Positions 1-12,618 of a DNA stretch of 64,000 nucleotides are shown here, one piece after another. Made by a program: the position numbers and the translations under genes. Under the pieces are notes generated by a model. The model did not search any database, was not told the DNA's origin, and saw only the letters and a list, made by a program, of their open reading frames with translations. The stretch is from Lepidodermella squamata (Eukaryota; Animalia; Gastrotricha), in assembly GCA_047495785.1 (NCBI GenBank), contig JBLDXI010000033.1, forward strand, positions 2,666,001-2,730,000, written 5' to 3'. Numbering within the stretch: the first letter of the stretch is position 1; each line of letters begins with the position of its first letter.

Positions 1-194
1 TTGTTTGACATTTTTTATGAACCAAGACAATCAACAGTATTTACAACAAAATGAAATGAAAACGAAATGTAATTGCAACCGTGTTTTTTCGGGATTAAGC
101 TGGCTTCCTTTTCATGTCCTGAGACGTTCCATTGGATCATCTCAATTGATTATCTGTAGATTTTCATTTTAGATGTTTTATACTCTTGGAATGT

Positions 195-1085
195 ATGGAA
201 ACTGAGTCACCAGACGAGCCAGAGTCCTTACTCGCGCGTCTTTTGTCCTTCGAGCTGATCGAAGGTTTGTCAAATGACGTTCTGCTGATCTTCATCGGTA
301 TCGCCTTCACCATGGCCTATTTCCTGCGCCACCTGCTCGCCTACGTTCACGCCAACGTGAACCGGTCGTCTGACGACCCTAACAACCCCGCCCCGATCCA
401 CCCCGAAGCTGAAGAGGCCATTTCCGACACGAGGCGCCGGCTTTTCGGCGCTAGCGGCGCAGGCCCGGCCCGCACTAGTCGCGCCCTCGGCCCGGACGCG
501 ATCTGCCCCATTTGCCTGGCTGAACCCATTCGCCTGCCGATCGAGACCAACTGCGGTCACGCGTTCTGCGGCCGATGTCTTTCGACGTACCTCGCGTACG
601 ACTCAAATAACCTTCAGCCGGTTCGCTGCCCAGTTTGCCGGCAACGCGTCACCCTGTTGCTGCCTGGTTTCGCGCTGGAAGAAGCGCGCAGTCTTTCGCC
701 GGAAGACCGTCGGGCTGTTCTCGACCCTCTCCGCCACTACAATCGCCGTTTTTCAGGCGAGCCGCGATCTTGGCTCGAACAGATCGCGGACTTGCCCACT
801 CTTTTGCGGCATCTCGTCGGTGCCCTGTTCTCGGAATCAGGTCTCGCGCTAGTTATGCGGCTCCGGGTGCTGCTAATCCTGCTGTTCGCCGCTTTCTACC
901 TGTTGTCACCTATCGATTTGCTACCTGAAGCGCTGCTCGGTGCTTTTGGTCTTCTCGACGACCTTTTCATCTTCTTCCTGCTCGCCGTCTACGTCACGAT
1001 GATCTACCGCCGTTACGCCGCTGCTAACCCGCAGTTTCTCGGCCCGGGCATCGAAGACCCGGTGGAACAACCCGATGAGGAATGA
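195..1085 (+). CDS. RNF170: RNF170-like ER-membrane RING E3 ubiquitin ligase (intronless)
   Basis: N-terminal TM helix; C3HC4 RING (CPICL...TNCGHAFCGRC...CPVCRQ); YNRRFSGEPRS motif; C-terminal YLLSPIDLLPE..G.FGLLDD hydrophobic segment typical of RNF170. First in-frame ATG at 195. Confidence 0.92.
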   Translation: METESPDEPESLLARLLSFELIEGLSNDVLLIFIGIAFTMAYFLRHLLAYVHANVNRSSDDPNNPAPIHPEAEEAISDTRRRLFGASGAGPARTSRALGPDAICPICLAEPIRLPIETNCGHAFCGRCLSTYLAYDSNNLQPVRCPVCRQRVTLLLPGFALEEARSLSPEDRRAVLDPLRHYNRRFSGEPRSWLEQIADLPTLLRHLVGALFSESGLALVMRLRVLLILLFAAFYLLSPIDLLPEALLGAFGLLDDLFIFFLLAVYVTMIYRRYAAANPQFLGPGIEDPVEQPDEE

Positions 1086-1946
1086 AACTACAATTTGTGC
1101 CTAAAACCTACAATATTATAATTCAACGCTACTTGATGCATCTACAAGCTGAAATTTGACAAGTTGTGCTATGAATCGGACCAATCTGATTTTGTTACTC
1201 GGTGAATCGTAGCCCTGTTTTCGAATAAAATCCTGTCTTCGCCTCCTTTTGATTGAAATCGCAGCTATTTACAATAATAAATAACAATTCTAGCGGCCAT
1301 TCTTTTCTGATTTTTACAACTACCGGCCATGTGGAAAAAACCGTTGATGATATATTCTAGTGGATCTTATAATGCATGAATGCTTCGACATTATTATATT
1401 ATACGAATACAACTTCTTATTTTGGCTGAAATGTGTGACATTGAATTTTAATTTTTTAGTCGAGATGGGTAATAAAACCTGAACAAATAACGATTGGAAC
1501 TTCACGTGATTTTTTTATTAAAAGCATCGTTCATTCGCTTTCCTTTTCATTTTTCTCATTACGATTTTTTAAAATAAGAATAACGCGTAATATTCATGTA
1601 TGAATATATAGGAGGTTTCAGTAGAACAGCGTCATCAATCGCTTCATCAGGAAAAGCATGAACTTTACGTGGACGGGTATTTTCAACCTAAGTGATATCC
1701 ATTTAGCGGTCAGCGCAATGTGACCGAGGATTGAACAGAAAAACGATGGCACAACAAAAATTTGAGATCGCCCGCATACAGGCGCATAACAAGACCAACA
1801 ACGATATCTGGTTTGAAAAGCCGTTCAGAACGGGCGATAAAATTTGAATCACAACCACGAAGTCAATATTGTTGCGATTGATGTGATGAGCGTGTGTAAC
1901 AAAAATTGAGGCCAAAAAGACGATTTTAGTGCGGAGGTTGTATCTT

Positions 1947-2504
1947 TCACAGAGTTGCCTCGTCGTCATCGTTGACGAGAATGTCACGATCACGATCGAG
2001 CCGGCTGGTCTGCGCGCGGCCTGACGTCGAGTAGTGGCTGCGCTGTGTCGACGACGTGTAGTAGGTCTGCTGTTGGTGACGTCCGTTCGAAGCGGCAGAT
2101 TGGCGACCACTGGGTGGGTTCGTGTACGTCTGCACGATGGGCATATCGTCGTTAGCGGCTTCGACATCGTAATTTTCGTCGGCGTCTGTGTAAGCAGGCG
2201 CGCCTTGGTTCTCGACGGCTAGGTCTAGGGGTTGGATTTCTTCGGGCCGGCGTCGTCCGCCTGCCGGCTGTTTGTTCAACACCGAGGCTGAGTTAGTGGT
2301 ATGGCGACTAGAGGCTCTCTGTTCTGCTTTGCGCAGTTCTTCGGTTTTCTCCGATGGGTATTTTCCTCCGCACGTGAACATGTTGTCGCAGCAGTTTTCC
2401 CACTTGAGACGGAACCGCTTCTTCAGGCAAATGAAGCCAATCAGCACGAGAATGCCAAAGCCAGCTATGCAGGCAAGAGTGATGATAAGTTCAATGCTTT
2501 GCAT
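1947..2504 (-). CDS. Orphan single-pass (signal-anchor) membrane protein, 185 aa
   Basis: ATG-initiated ORF in GC-rich coding-like sequence; N-terminal hydrophobic helix (LIITLACIAGFGILVLIGFICL) followed by basic KKRFR, several Cys and a disordered Tyr-containing tail. No family recognised. Confidence 0.7.
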   Translation of the reverse strand: MQSIELIITLACIAGFGILVLIGFICLKKRFRLKWENCCDNMFTCGGKYPSEKTEELRKAEQRASSRHTTNSASVLNKQPAGGRRRPEEIQPLDLAVENQGAPAYTDADENYDVEAANDDMPIVQTYTNPPSGRQSAASNGRHQQQTYYTSSTQRSHYSTSGRAQTSRLDRDRDILVNDDDEATL

Positions 2505-4615
2505 TGTTCCGCCTCCAAGACTACCTCACTTGAATGAAAATTGATCAGGAGCGGCGATTGACGCTCCTATTTAGAAGAGGCGATTGACCTCCCCTATCTC
2601 GATGAATAAATTTACACCTATACGGGGAATAATGGGAAAATTGTTAAAATGTTATGGCTAAAATGAAAAAGGGAAGGCAACGTTAATATATGACTCTCTC
2701 GAGCCAAAATGCATGTCTGGAGCATTAAAAATATGGCTATCCCGAATTAGGACTTTATTGATGTAGCTTGCTCAGGCCACTCCCAAGGAACCAGATATGG
2801 CAGTACCTATTGTATGCTTCGGATTTGGAGCTGGTTTGTATCAAATACCCTATGGCCAGCTTTAAATTTTGTTGATAAACATTCAGGCCAAGTTCGAAAA
2901 ATTCATTTTCATTCTCAGGATCTGCTAGTCGACAAGCATAATATTCACTAACAACGCTGCTATGATTTGTAATAGCAAAATAGGATGGTGTGATATCGAG
3001 TGAGATAGCGTCAAAAACTATAGTAATTGATAAGCGGCTGGTATGTACCACGCTTTTAGGGTTATTTGGCCAAGCGAGGCTCTAAAAGTAATAACATAAA
3101 TGATAATAATAAATCCAAGTAAATCCAAAAAATTCCAAGCATAATTATCATCAATGTAATGCACTTGCAACAGCTTGTTTTCATAGCCGGCTCTCACGAG
3201 GTGATCTCGGTTATACTAGGTAATACCTAGGTAATATCATCATGCAATGTAGCACTGGGCAAAAAACACGAGGTGGCGACGCACCAACGCGCACACGCTA
3301 ATAAAGAGCGGCCCGGGTGTTTGTACATTCGGCAGGCCACCGCGCGTTTTGGTAATAAATCCCGTGCAGTCCAGGAGGCACAGTCGTGAAAGAAAAACTG
3401 GTTTAAGACGAAATGTCGCACCATCTCTGCAGGAATGAGGGCGCTACCTGACCGGGACAAGGAATGAAGGTAATACATGAGTGCTGATGGAAGGATGGTG
3501 CGCTCGCGCTTTCAGCTATGTATTCACATTAGAACTGTGACAGATAAGTGTCAAACATTCACTTTCATTGGCTCATTTATTAGAAAGAAATACAAATGTC
3601 GAGACGTCGTGGACACATATAATAATAATTAGGAATCGCGCAGCGGCGACTAACGACAATAACGGCGAAAGGAGGGTGTGTGCCGAATGACCAGCCGGTG
3701 TAGCACGGCCCGGCAGTGTGACCTAGTCGAAAGGCTGCTCTACCTGTAGTATATAGCAGCAATGTGTCGTAGCAATACGACGCTGCGATATAATATTATA
3801 TGCAGTTGTTTATGGCAGCTCTGTATGAATTAATATACGGCCGCTTATCGGCGAATGCTAGAAATAGGTAAAGGGTAGAGAATGGCCGGCACAGCGCAGC
3901 ACGGCCGCAGCGACTTTGACATAAATAAATGCTGAGGATCATCTGGCAACCCACGCTCGCAGTAATAGTAGTAGAAGCAGGCCTTGATGTATACAAAAAT
4001 ATAACTGCAATTATTGCTATATACGCGAAATAGAAAATTTCTACGCTACGCAAAACAAACGCCGGCAGCTGCATAGACATACAGGTATTGACTTGTTTTG
4101 TTGTGTTGTGCTGCGGCTGCGGCTTCTGCTGCTGCTGTCCCCTGGCCGAGGCGTGTCGCGCGTAGAATTCTCATGCGCGCGGCTGCTCCTCTCTGCTATA
4201 CAGCGAGCGCGCATAGATACAAATAAACAAAGCACCGGCGAATTCCACTTCTCGCAGTTTTTCTTAAAGAAAGGAAACGCCAGCAGTCGTAGTAGTGTTG
4301 TCGCTCAGCTCGCACTTGGCCAATGTTTACGGGGCCAGGTGAAAAAATGTGCTCGAGCAACAATAACGCAACATTCGCCAACTTCACTAATTATCAAGCC
4401 TAAGCAGTTTATTTTTACACCCTAAAATGTATCGATTTTTCGACCATGTTTACAAAACACACCTCAAAAAAGCAAGTTGGTGATTCTTTTATTTATGTAT
4501 TTTGATCGTGAAAATCGACTAAAACATGTACGTATGTAGTGGAAAACAACAAGCCATGCACGGCCCGAGCAAAATGATTCAATGAGCTTCTTTAATTTGA
4601 GATTTTGTTCACATG

Positions 4616-7600
4616 TCAACCGTCGGCAGTTTCGCCTTTCAGTTTCATCGTCTTGCGTTGCACGGTTCGCTTTGATTTTTCCGCCGGCTTCGCGGCGCCA
4701 CCTTCGTTTTCGACGTCAGCTTTGGCAGTCGCAACAGTTGTTCGCCGAGATTTCGACATTGGTTTCGCTTGATTTGCTGCTGGGGGCGACGTCACCGGGG
4801 CTTCGGCGCCGCCATAAGAAAGAGGTATCTCGACTGGGAAGTGACTAGGGTCACAGTCGTAGCGTAATATTCCAGCAAGCAGGAACTCAGTTGAGACTAG
4901 AGGCAGCTTCAGAGCGACGAACTCGCCAACATCCACAGGCTGAGAAACAGCGGCAGCGGCAGCCTGGTCGCTACCCGGTGGAACAGCCGCATCTCCACAT
5001 ATCACGACCTAAATAATACCAAAAAATCTATATTAGATTCGTAATTTGGATGAAAATAAACGAAGGAAACTATAAGCCCAGACGATACCCGTATCCGGGC
5101 GAATCGAGATGGGTAAAGATTTGGGTGAAGGCTGATCAATGATTATAATCGAATGTCACTTCAAAGCGGGGAAATCATAATTCTAATTACAAATTTGATC
5201 GAAAATTCGAAACAAAGGAGACTGTTCCGGCGAGGCGTCTATGGAATCGATATCGGATAACTCTGAACTGACCTTTCCCAACTAACTTTTAATAGGTACA
5301 GTGAAAGCGTCCAAACCGGAATTTTTGTAAGCAGTACATAATGGCTCTTGTAGAAAGTGAGGGCATTTGAAGAAATTCCAGGTTGTGTTGTTTTCACTCT
5401 AATTTTCTGTCATTTCGAGCATCAATTGAGCAATAGGGATGCTGAAATAGAGAATTGGCGTGGTCAAACTTGAAAATAATAACGATTTCTTCTTGTCAGA
5501 CAACATGCTTATGCTGAAGCTTTCCCAAAGACTACTGTTACTTATTCGAACAGACGCTACACTCGTGTTGGACGTCTACGTTAACCCAATCTTTTTATCG
5601 TCGATTTCAACAGCGAGGCAGACGCGGTTGATTGGCGGTCGCATCATAGCCACCTCTTGTTTGGTACAACGTCGGTGAAAGTCGACCTCTATATTCAACC
5701 GCCGGAAAAATATGATGTCACGTTAAGCATCATACGCCCACCCGGTTTCGGTCGTGATTGTGATGAACGCAATAAAACCGCGAGTCTCAAGTACGATATC
5801 ACAACAAATAAATGGGTTCGAATTGTTTCTCCTGCACAATGTGATCACTGGGTCGAGGCCAACGTGCCATCTTTGCGCCTAGGCCCACTGATATGAAGGA
5901 AACAGAAGATTTCGCCACATTCGTGTCGAGCAGCTGCAGTTTCTTCAATGTGATGTTTCTGAAGAAATGATTGCAAATTGTTTCAGCGGTAGCGGGTACG
6001 TCGTTACTGCGTCAGTGCTCTTTCCGTTCAGTACTAGAGGCTATCGAGCCATTAGAAGCAGAAATAATGCCTAACTATTCAGCCAAGTTCCAAATGCGCT
6101 CAAATTACCACCCCTAAGCTAAGAAGTACGTGCTACGCATCGATGTTGATAAATTGACGCGAGTTGTTGGGCGGTTCAATTACCACGCTTTTTCCAGCTT
6201 CTTCCCGCTAAACGTGCCCGTACAACCGTACGATTGCAGACAAGTGTTTAACGAGCCACACGACAGACACGATCTTTGCGTTAGGATTCAACTGACCGAA
6301 GTTAGCAATGAGCGTGAACCAGGCGAGAAAGATGGTCGAACATTGTTTTTTCACACGTTTCGTATTCCAGGATCTAGTGTCCAGCCGTATAACTGTGGAA
6401 ATCTTAACGAATAATTGAATGAGTAACCTTTTTTTGAACAAATTATTTCAGTTGGCCATGTATGGGGCGCAGAATGGCTAGATAAACTGAACAGTGCACT
6501 AAGAAGCATAGTTTTCCGGTATAAACATCAAATGCGAACATCAGTTGTGGGTTGTCGGTAGTGTAGCATCAGCGTTTGATCTTATCTTCTTATGGGACAA
6601 TGGATTTTTAATTTTAGGCAGTTATCGATGTAGATAAAACTACGCGAGTTATTGGGCGGCTCGACTACAATGCCATATCCGGTTTCTTCCCGTTAAACAT
6701 GCCCGTGCAACCGGATGATTGTAGAAAAGTCTTTGATACGAACCGAGACAGAGGAGATCTATGCGTATGGATGCGACTGACGCAGGTTAATGAAAAACCT
6801 GAGGCTGTCAGCAAAGATTGCCGAAATTTGCAGTTGACACGATTCGATTTTGAAGATCTTGTCTCCAGCCGTGTCTGTGGTAATTTTATCGATTGATTGA
6901 ACAAATTATTTCAGTTGGCCGTGTATGGGGCCCGGAATGGCTAGAAACTCTGAAGTTTAGCGTTGGCAAAGTCTTGGTGTTAATTGACGTCGAATATAAC
7001 GCATTTTACCAAAGTGTCGTTATCGGTCCGACAGAAAGGAAAGGCTGTTATGCTAACCCTCTGACTTCGATATCGTGGTGCCACGTTTTGGAATAGCTTA
7101 CTGAACGAAATTTGATGCTCAGCCACCAGCACTGATAAATGCCGGAGCCTAATTTTCCATTATTTACTACCAAAGAACCTACTGTAACTACTGAAGGAAG
7201 CTGTGACGCCATCTTAGGCAAGCAATGAAATTGGAGAAATTTTTTGATATTATTGATGATTGATTACTATTTTTTGCTGAGCCTGAAACGATATTTTTAT
7301 AAAGGTACTCGCCATTTGTTGTTTTTCCTACTTTTCTTTGTCTATATCTGCATATTGATCTATTCAAATTTGACTCATGCTTCTCTTTCAGCCAAGCTGT
7401 CCTACACCCCTTGGATAATATTGCTCGCAAATAAATCAATAAATAATTTAAAAAGAAGTATTGTCGCGCACCGTATTTTCGGAAAATGACTTGGGAGCCC
7501 GAGCCATGTAGCGTCCACCGGCAGACTTGACAATCGCCTTCATCTCCTTCTCCTTCAACTTGCTCAAATTTGGCATAGCATAGACAGAGAATCCTTCCAA

Positions 7601-9687
7601 CAGCCGTTTCCGCTTCGCCATTTCCAGCGTCTCCTTCAACTTGAAATGCTGCGAAGCCTCAAGAGCCTCGAGGCCGTCTGGTGGGAAGTCCTCAGGCTCC
7701 AGCAGATGTTTTGCGGCGACGGAGGCTTTCAGCCAATCTGGGCCGGCTATAGGGATGCCATGGCCGAGGCATGAAACGAACTTCACGGTCCTCTTAGCTG
7801 GCCCACCCACAACTAAATGAGTACAATTCGAGACGTCGTCGTCGATGTAAGTGGCCCCGATTTGCTTGATGTAATCGGTTGTGGCGCCGTCCTTTTCTCC
7901 CGTCACCATGATTTTAGCATCGCGAGCCGCTATCGCACATCGCCTCGCTGATGTTTTCTTAGCAGATGGACGAGAAAGCGTGGATGATGGTGCTCGTTCC
8001 GAACTTGCATCATCAAACACGGGCTCAGGCTCGGAACTAGCCGTACTGGTTTTCGCCCGTTTCGGCTTCGCAGTAGGCTTTGCGTCTTCATCTGTACTCG
8101 CAGCGAGAATCGTATCGTCCTTTTTAACGGCAGGATCGCGACGCACGCTTTTCCGGCCATTCGTTTTCCCCTTCGATTTCGCGCCACTCTCGGGCTCTGC
8201 TGGGGTTGTAGCTCGCTTCAAGTCAATCAACGCACTAGCTGCTGCAGCAGTTGGTGGGCTGATTAAGGGCGGGTCAGGCGGCGGTGGGCATTCACTTTTA
8301 GCTGGTGTTTCTGCGACAGCTTTCGACTTCCGCCCCGGTCGGCCCTTGACCGGTTTCGCCCCAGCCTCCGAATCATCATCAGTCGCCTTCGATTTCGATT
8401 TCGAGTTGGTTTGACGTTTCGGTTTGGTCGCTGATGTAGCAACAGCCTCTTCAATAACCGGGAGATCTTCGCTATCAGCGTAGACTGTCGACTTCGTATC
8501 TTCATCTTGAATCGGAGCAGGATCAGGCGCATTAACATCGTCCGCCATCATCCAATGCACAGAAGAATGCGTCGAGCCAGAAGCACCGATAGGGGGTACC
8601 GAGAAGAGCACGTTTTCGCTCGGCTTATCCGAATCTTTTCCGATGTTCGAAATCGGCACAGTCTCCTGATGCTGCTGTTCGATTTGGTCGCCGACTTGAG
8701 CAAGAATAGCCTCATCGCCGTCCGAAAGATCTTCCTCCGCCACCGTATCGTTAGTGCCGTCGGAGTCATTTTCAACGGTTACGGCTATTCCATCTTCATC
8801 ATCATCGTGACCCGCGTCTTCGTCGATCACTAGCTGAGGGCTTGAGAAGTCTACGTCTGCATTCATCGAGTTGTTCATTTGCGAAGTAGCCTTAGTCTCG
8901 ATCGGAATCGACGGCCGTAAAACGGAACGATTTTTCAAGCTAGCTATGGAACTATTTCCTATGTCAGACTGTGTTGGCTCCAAGAAAAGTTCATTGCCTT
9001 GGCTGCCCTCTGCTGTGGGTGGGAGCGAAGGTCGCTCCAGCATAACGAACTCCTCCGGCGGAGAGCTGATTGGTATTGAATTAGGAACAGACGAAACATT
9101 CTGCGGCTTGGCAAATGCTGCGGCTTCTGGAATGATTTTGTAGGTTGCAGTGCATTCGGGTCCGAAATGAAGCACAGCACCGTCAGAAAGTTCATGCTCG
9201 TGGCAGGAAACCAACCGAATCTGGCACAGTAAGAAATTTCATTTAAATCGAAGCTTCATTTACTTCCCACATACTTGGTTTCGATATGTTCCAGCTTTAC
9301 TATTTCGATCTACGATAAAATGGAACCCTCCGACAATTTCGATGGAAGCGTGTTGCCCGGAGACTGTCTGCAAATGAAAGCATTTAGGTTATCTGAATCG
9401 CATTTTTGTTCACGGCTTACAGCGAATTTCAACTTGATGTCGCATTCATCATCGCGACCAATCGTGTAAATGCGACCTGAATCGACATGTATTAGCGAAC
9501 ATACACCAGAAAATGAACCAATTTCATACCAGGAGCAACTGCATACTCATTGCTGCCAACCACAAGGCTTCCGGATGTTCGCGGCAGCTAGGAGGAATGT
9601 CTGAAATACCATAGCTAAATACCAAAATTCAGCACGAACCTGGTCTGTTAACTGTACACTCGGAACCGAGGGCAGCGTATCGTTCAT
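4616..9687 (-). CDS. MDC1: MDC1-like DNA damage mediator (N-terminal FHA, C-terminal tandem BRCT), spliced
   Basis: ATG at 9687; small exons give an FHA domain (YTIGRDDECDI...VSGQHASI). The large exon gives a disordered region and BRCT1 (CTHLVV...RTVKF...WL). A phase-0 intron 7471->5009 joins SFSENT to VVICGD...LPLVSTEFLLAGIL, matching the end of MDC1 BRCT2. Confidence 0.85.
5987..7096 (+). pseudogene. Tandemly duplicated orphan coding segment nested antisense in the MDC1 intron, at least partly decayed
   Basis: ~6139-6490 and ~6624-6950 are paralogous with many synonymous differences in the + frame (IDVDK.TRV.GR..Y.A.S.FFPLN.PVQP.DCR.VF...DLCV). Copy 1 has an in-frame TAA at 6115-6117 and GA where copy 2 has a GT donor. 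Confidence 0.55.
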
Positions 9688-9961
9688 TTTAAATGAAACC
9701 TAATTTAGATTAAATCAAACTGCAAAACAGTGTTTCGATCAATCAACGCGCTTTATTTATGAAAAACGTTACATAATGGTTAAATGAAGTTTATACTTCA
9801 TAGGAGAAGGCTGGCGGAGCGTTGACCTACATACACATGCAATAAAACGACCATCAGATCGAAAATTGGTAATAAGCGCCATGATATGAATAGGTATTTA
9901 TCCCTCCATGAGAATGAGAGTTATGGAAACCGGCTAAGAATTTGTCGAATTACGCCGACAT

Positions 9962-10671
9962 CTAATGGGCAGCAACGCTGTGGCTTGAGCTGGGAGCGTT
10001 TTCAGGGCTGAGCGAGCCGGGCATGTTGTTAGGTGTGGAGCTTTGGCCGCTAACACTGGTGTTGGCATTTGCGGCTCCATTTACGACGGGAGCCGTCGGC
10101 TCGTCACTCCAATTGATGTTGAACTTCGTCACGCGAGGCTCAGTCGCTAAAATGTTTCTAGTGACTTTGTTAAAATCCGGCTGGGCGGGAGGATTTTCAC
10201 GCAACTCTTCCTCTGAGTACTCATTATTCACGAAATAACCGATTTGAACGAACTCTTGGTTTCGATAGCAACAGCTTAGAAGCACCACAGTTACACCGAC
10301 TGCATCTTCGACAGGAATTTTCGATGAGTCTGGAGGCGGGACGCTGAAAGTGAATTTGTGACGACCGACTAATTATTACATACGATGGTAACAGGTTTAC
10401 ACTTTAAAACTGATCTAAAATTTACCAGTTACAGGACCGACTAAGACACTGTCCAAGGTCTGATCGTGCTCGCAGTTTTCAGCTGAGCCAACGTAAACCA
10501 TTTTCCACTCCAAGTCTAAATGGCAATGATTGAAACTTTCGACATGGACAAATAACTCTTACCATCGGTGAGATTTTCGAAGCTGTCAAACGTTATTTCA
10601 AAGTTGAATTCGCTCAGGAAAGGTGCCGGATTGTTCTTAACAGAGCAATCTACAATGCTAACTTTGGCCAT
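9962..10671 (-). CDS. ASF1: Histone chaperone ASF1 (3 exons)
   Basis: Spliced translation [29 protein letters not shown]...[13 protein letters not shown]...[12 protein letters not shown]...[14 protein letters not shown]...[17 protein letters not shown]; canonical GT-AG introns. Confidence 0.96.
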
Positions 10672-11456
10672 TTTTAAGTAAACAATCTACCTATGAATAT
10701 AAAGAAATATAAAAAAATTATTATGACAACATGCGTCAAGAAGTTAGATTTTATCAAACACAGCATTGTAAACCAAAAACCAAAGCACGATGAACTCGTG
10801 CAAAATTAGCCGCGTTGTCACTAAAAAAGTGAGGCGCTTTCAACGATGAGACCATTCGCAATTGACTACCGAAACAACAGGTAGAAGGGCTACCCACTGC
10901 CCACCTTGAGCCAAGCCTAATCAACGGTGGCGATTTTCGCTAATTTTTAATGTTTTCAATTCTCCCTCTTGCGCCGAATTCAGCTAACGATTGAAAAATT
11001 ACTCATAATCATAGAGAAAAATGACATCTATTGCATGAAATAGATTTTTTTCTCTATGCTTTTAATCTACCAGTAATTATCGTCAGGGGTTACGAGATTT
11101 GTCCGATGTATGAATGAGCGGCGATATTCAAAATGAAATTTAGCACGGGGAATGACGTTGGGCTGTTGATTAAGCGGCGGCAAAAACCCCTCTCGTGGCC
11201 CAAGAGAAATTGTTCGCTGGTTTCCAGTTTCCACATTAAGCAGTTTACTTTCTTTAACCGAGTTTATTAGAAAACGAAATCTACGCCACATTTCAAAATT
11301 AAGCCACTCGTTTAGTTGTGATTGCAAAGACCGCTTCCTACTCTAAGCAAAAGTCTCATAGCAAACGTAGATAACGAGAAAGAAACACATCATTACACGC
11401 CACCAGGTTCTCGTCCTCCCTGTTCCGAGAAGACGCGGCGCGCCCACCACGCCCCC

Positions 11457-11863
11457 TTGCACTTCGTTATTTAAGTATCAAGCTCAGCTTACGGCACGCT
11501 CAGCGTATTCACACCTTAGCTTAGCGTTCAAGCTCAGCTTGTTATAACCGAAGCCAGCTAACCTTAACAAGCTCAGCTTATCTTGCTCGCTAGTAAGCTG
11601 AGCTGGCAAGCTGAGCGTAGTAGAATATAGAGTACGAGAATATTGGGGTAGTGGAACACGCTGAGCTTGTACACTGAGCTGGTTTGTCTCCGATCGTAAG
11701 TTCAGCTTGTCAGCTGAGCTCATTAATTACACTATTAAGCTGAGCTGAGCTGGTTAGTTATTAAGCTGAGCTAGTTTAGCTGAGCTTGTTCATGGTTTAG
11801 CTGAGCTGACTTCAAGCTGAGCTGACTATAAGCTGAGCTTGTTACTTAAATAACGAAGTGCAA
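11457..11863. mobile_element. MITE with ~35-bp terminal inverted repeats and a candidate 9-bp target-site duplication (Mutator-like)
   Basis: Left end ttgcacttcgttatttaagtatcaagctcagctta matches the reverse complement of the right end with 1 mismatch. Flanks are cacgccccc / cacggcccc. The interior is packed with agctcagct/agctgagct motifs. Confidence 0.8.
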
Positions 11864-12618
11864 CACGGCCCCACCACCTTTTAACATCCGTTAGATAGAA
11901 GACCACCCTTGTAGCGAATCCAATGTAATTCATCGTCATCAAGCTGTTCGAAGACAGCGCAAAAACTGTAAAACATCCGAGTACAGATCATTAGGTTGAG
12001 GTAAAAAGCGCTGCAGTGTATGATGTATTAAGTATGTATATTTCTACGTTCGATTCGCACTTGGGCCTTGGACCAACAGCCAACATCCAACGGAGGGACA
12101 GCGGACGATTGGGCGTACACTTCAAGAGGTGGAAGCCGAAGAAGCTCGAAAGGATTTTCCCGCGGAATTTGTAATTTAAAAAACGTAAAAATCGACGAGG
12201 GACTTGAAAACAGATTATATTTAGTTGTATTGAATAAACAAATTTACAAGTTCATGGTTAATATTACGTAACTGACCGATTTTTTTCGACGAAAAATCGT
12301 TACGAATCTTTCACCTTCGAAAATCGTTGGCGAAATCGTATCTCACCTGATTATGAAAAATGCGGAAAATGGAGTTTTAGGATTCCAAACATAACTGTCG
12401 CAAGATAGTTTTCGCAAATATGTGCTCTCTATCTCCGCCTTATAAGCTTGAGTTTGTCCGGACGAGGAGAAAGTGTAAATTTCGTGAAATCGAATCGCGT
12501 TATTAGTGGGGAGTATTATGGCCATGGGCAGCTGTGGATGTAAAGTCATCAACGGCGCTTTTCATTGAGTTTATGGGTGTTGATTTTGCTATTCTTAATT
12601 AGAAATTGTTAAGTTAGA

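Noticed and set aside
4616-5005. Apparent stand-alone 129-aa gene
   Set aside because: It is the last exon of MDC1, completing BRCT2 via a phase-0 intron.
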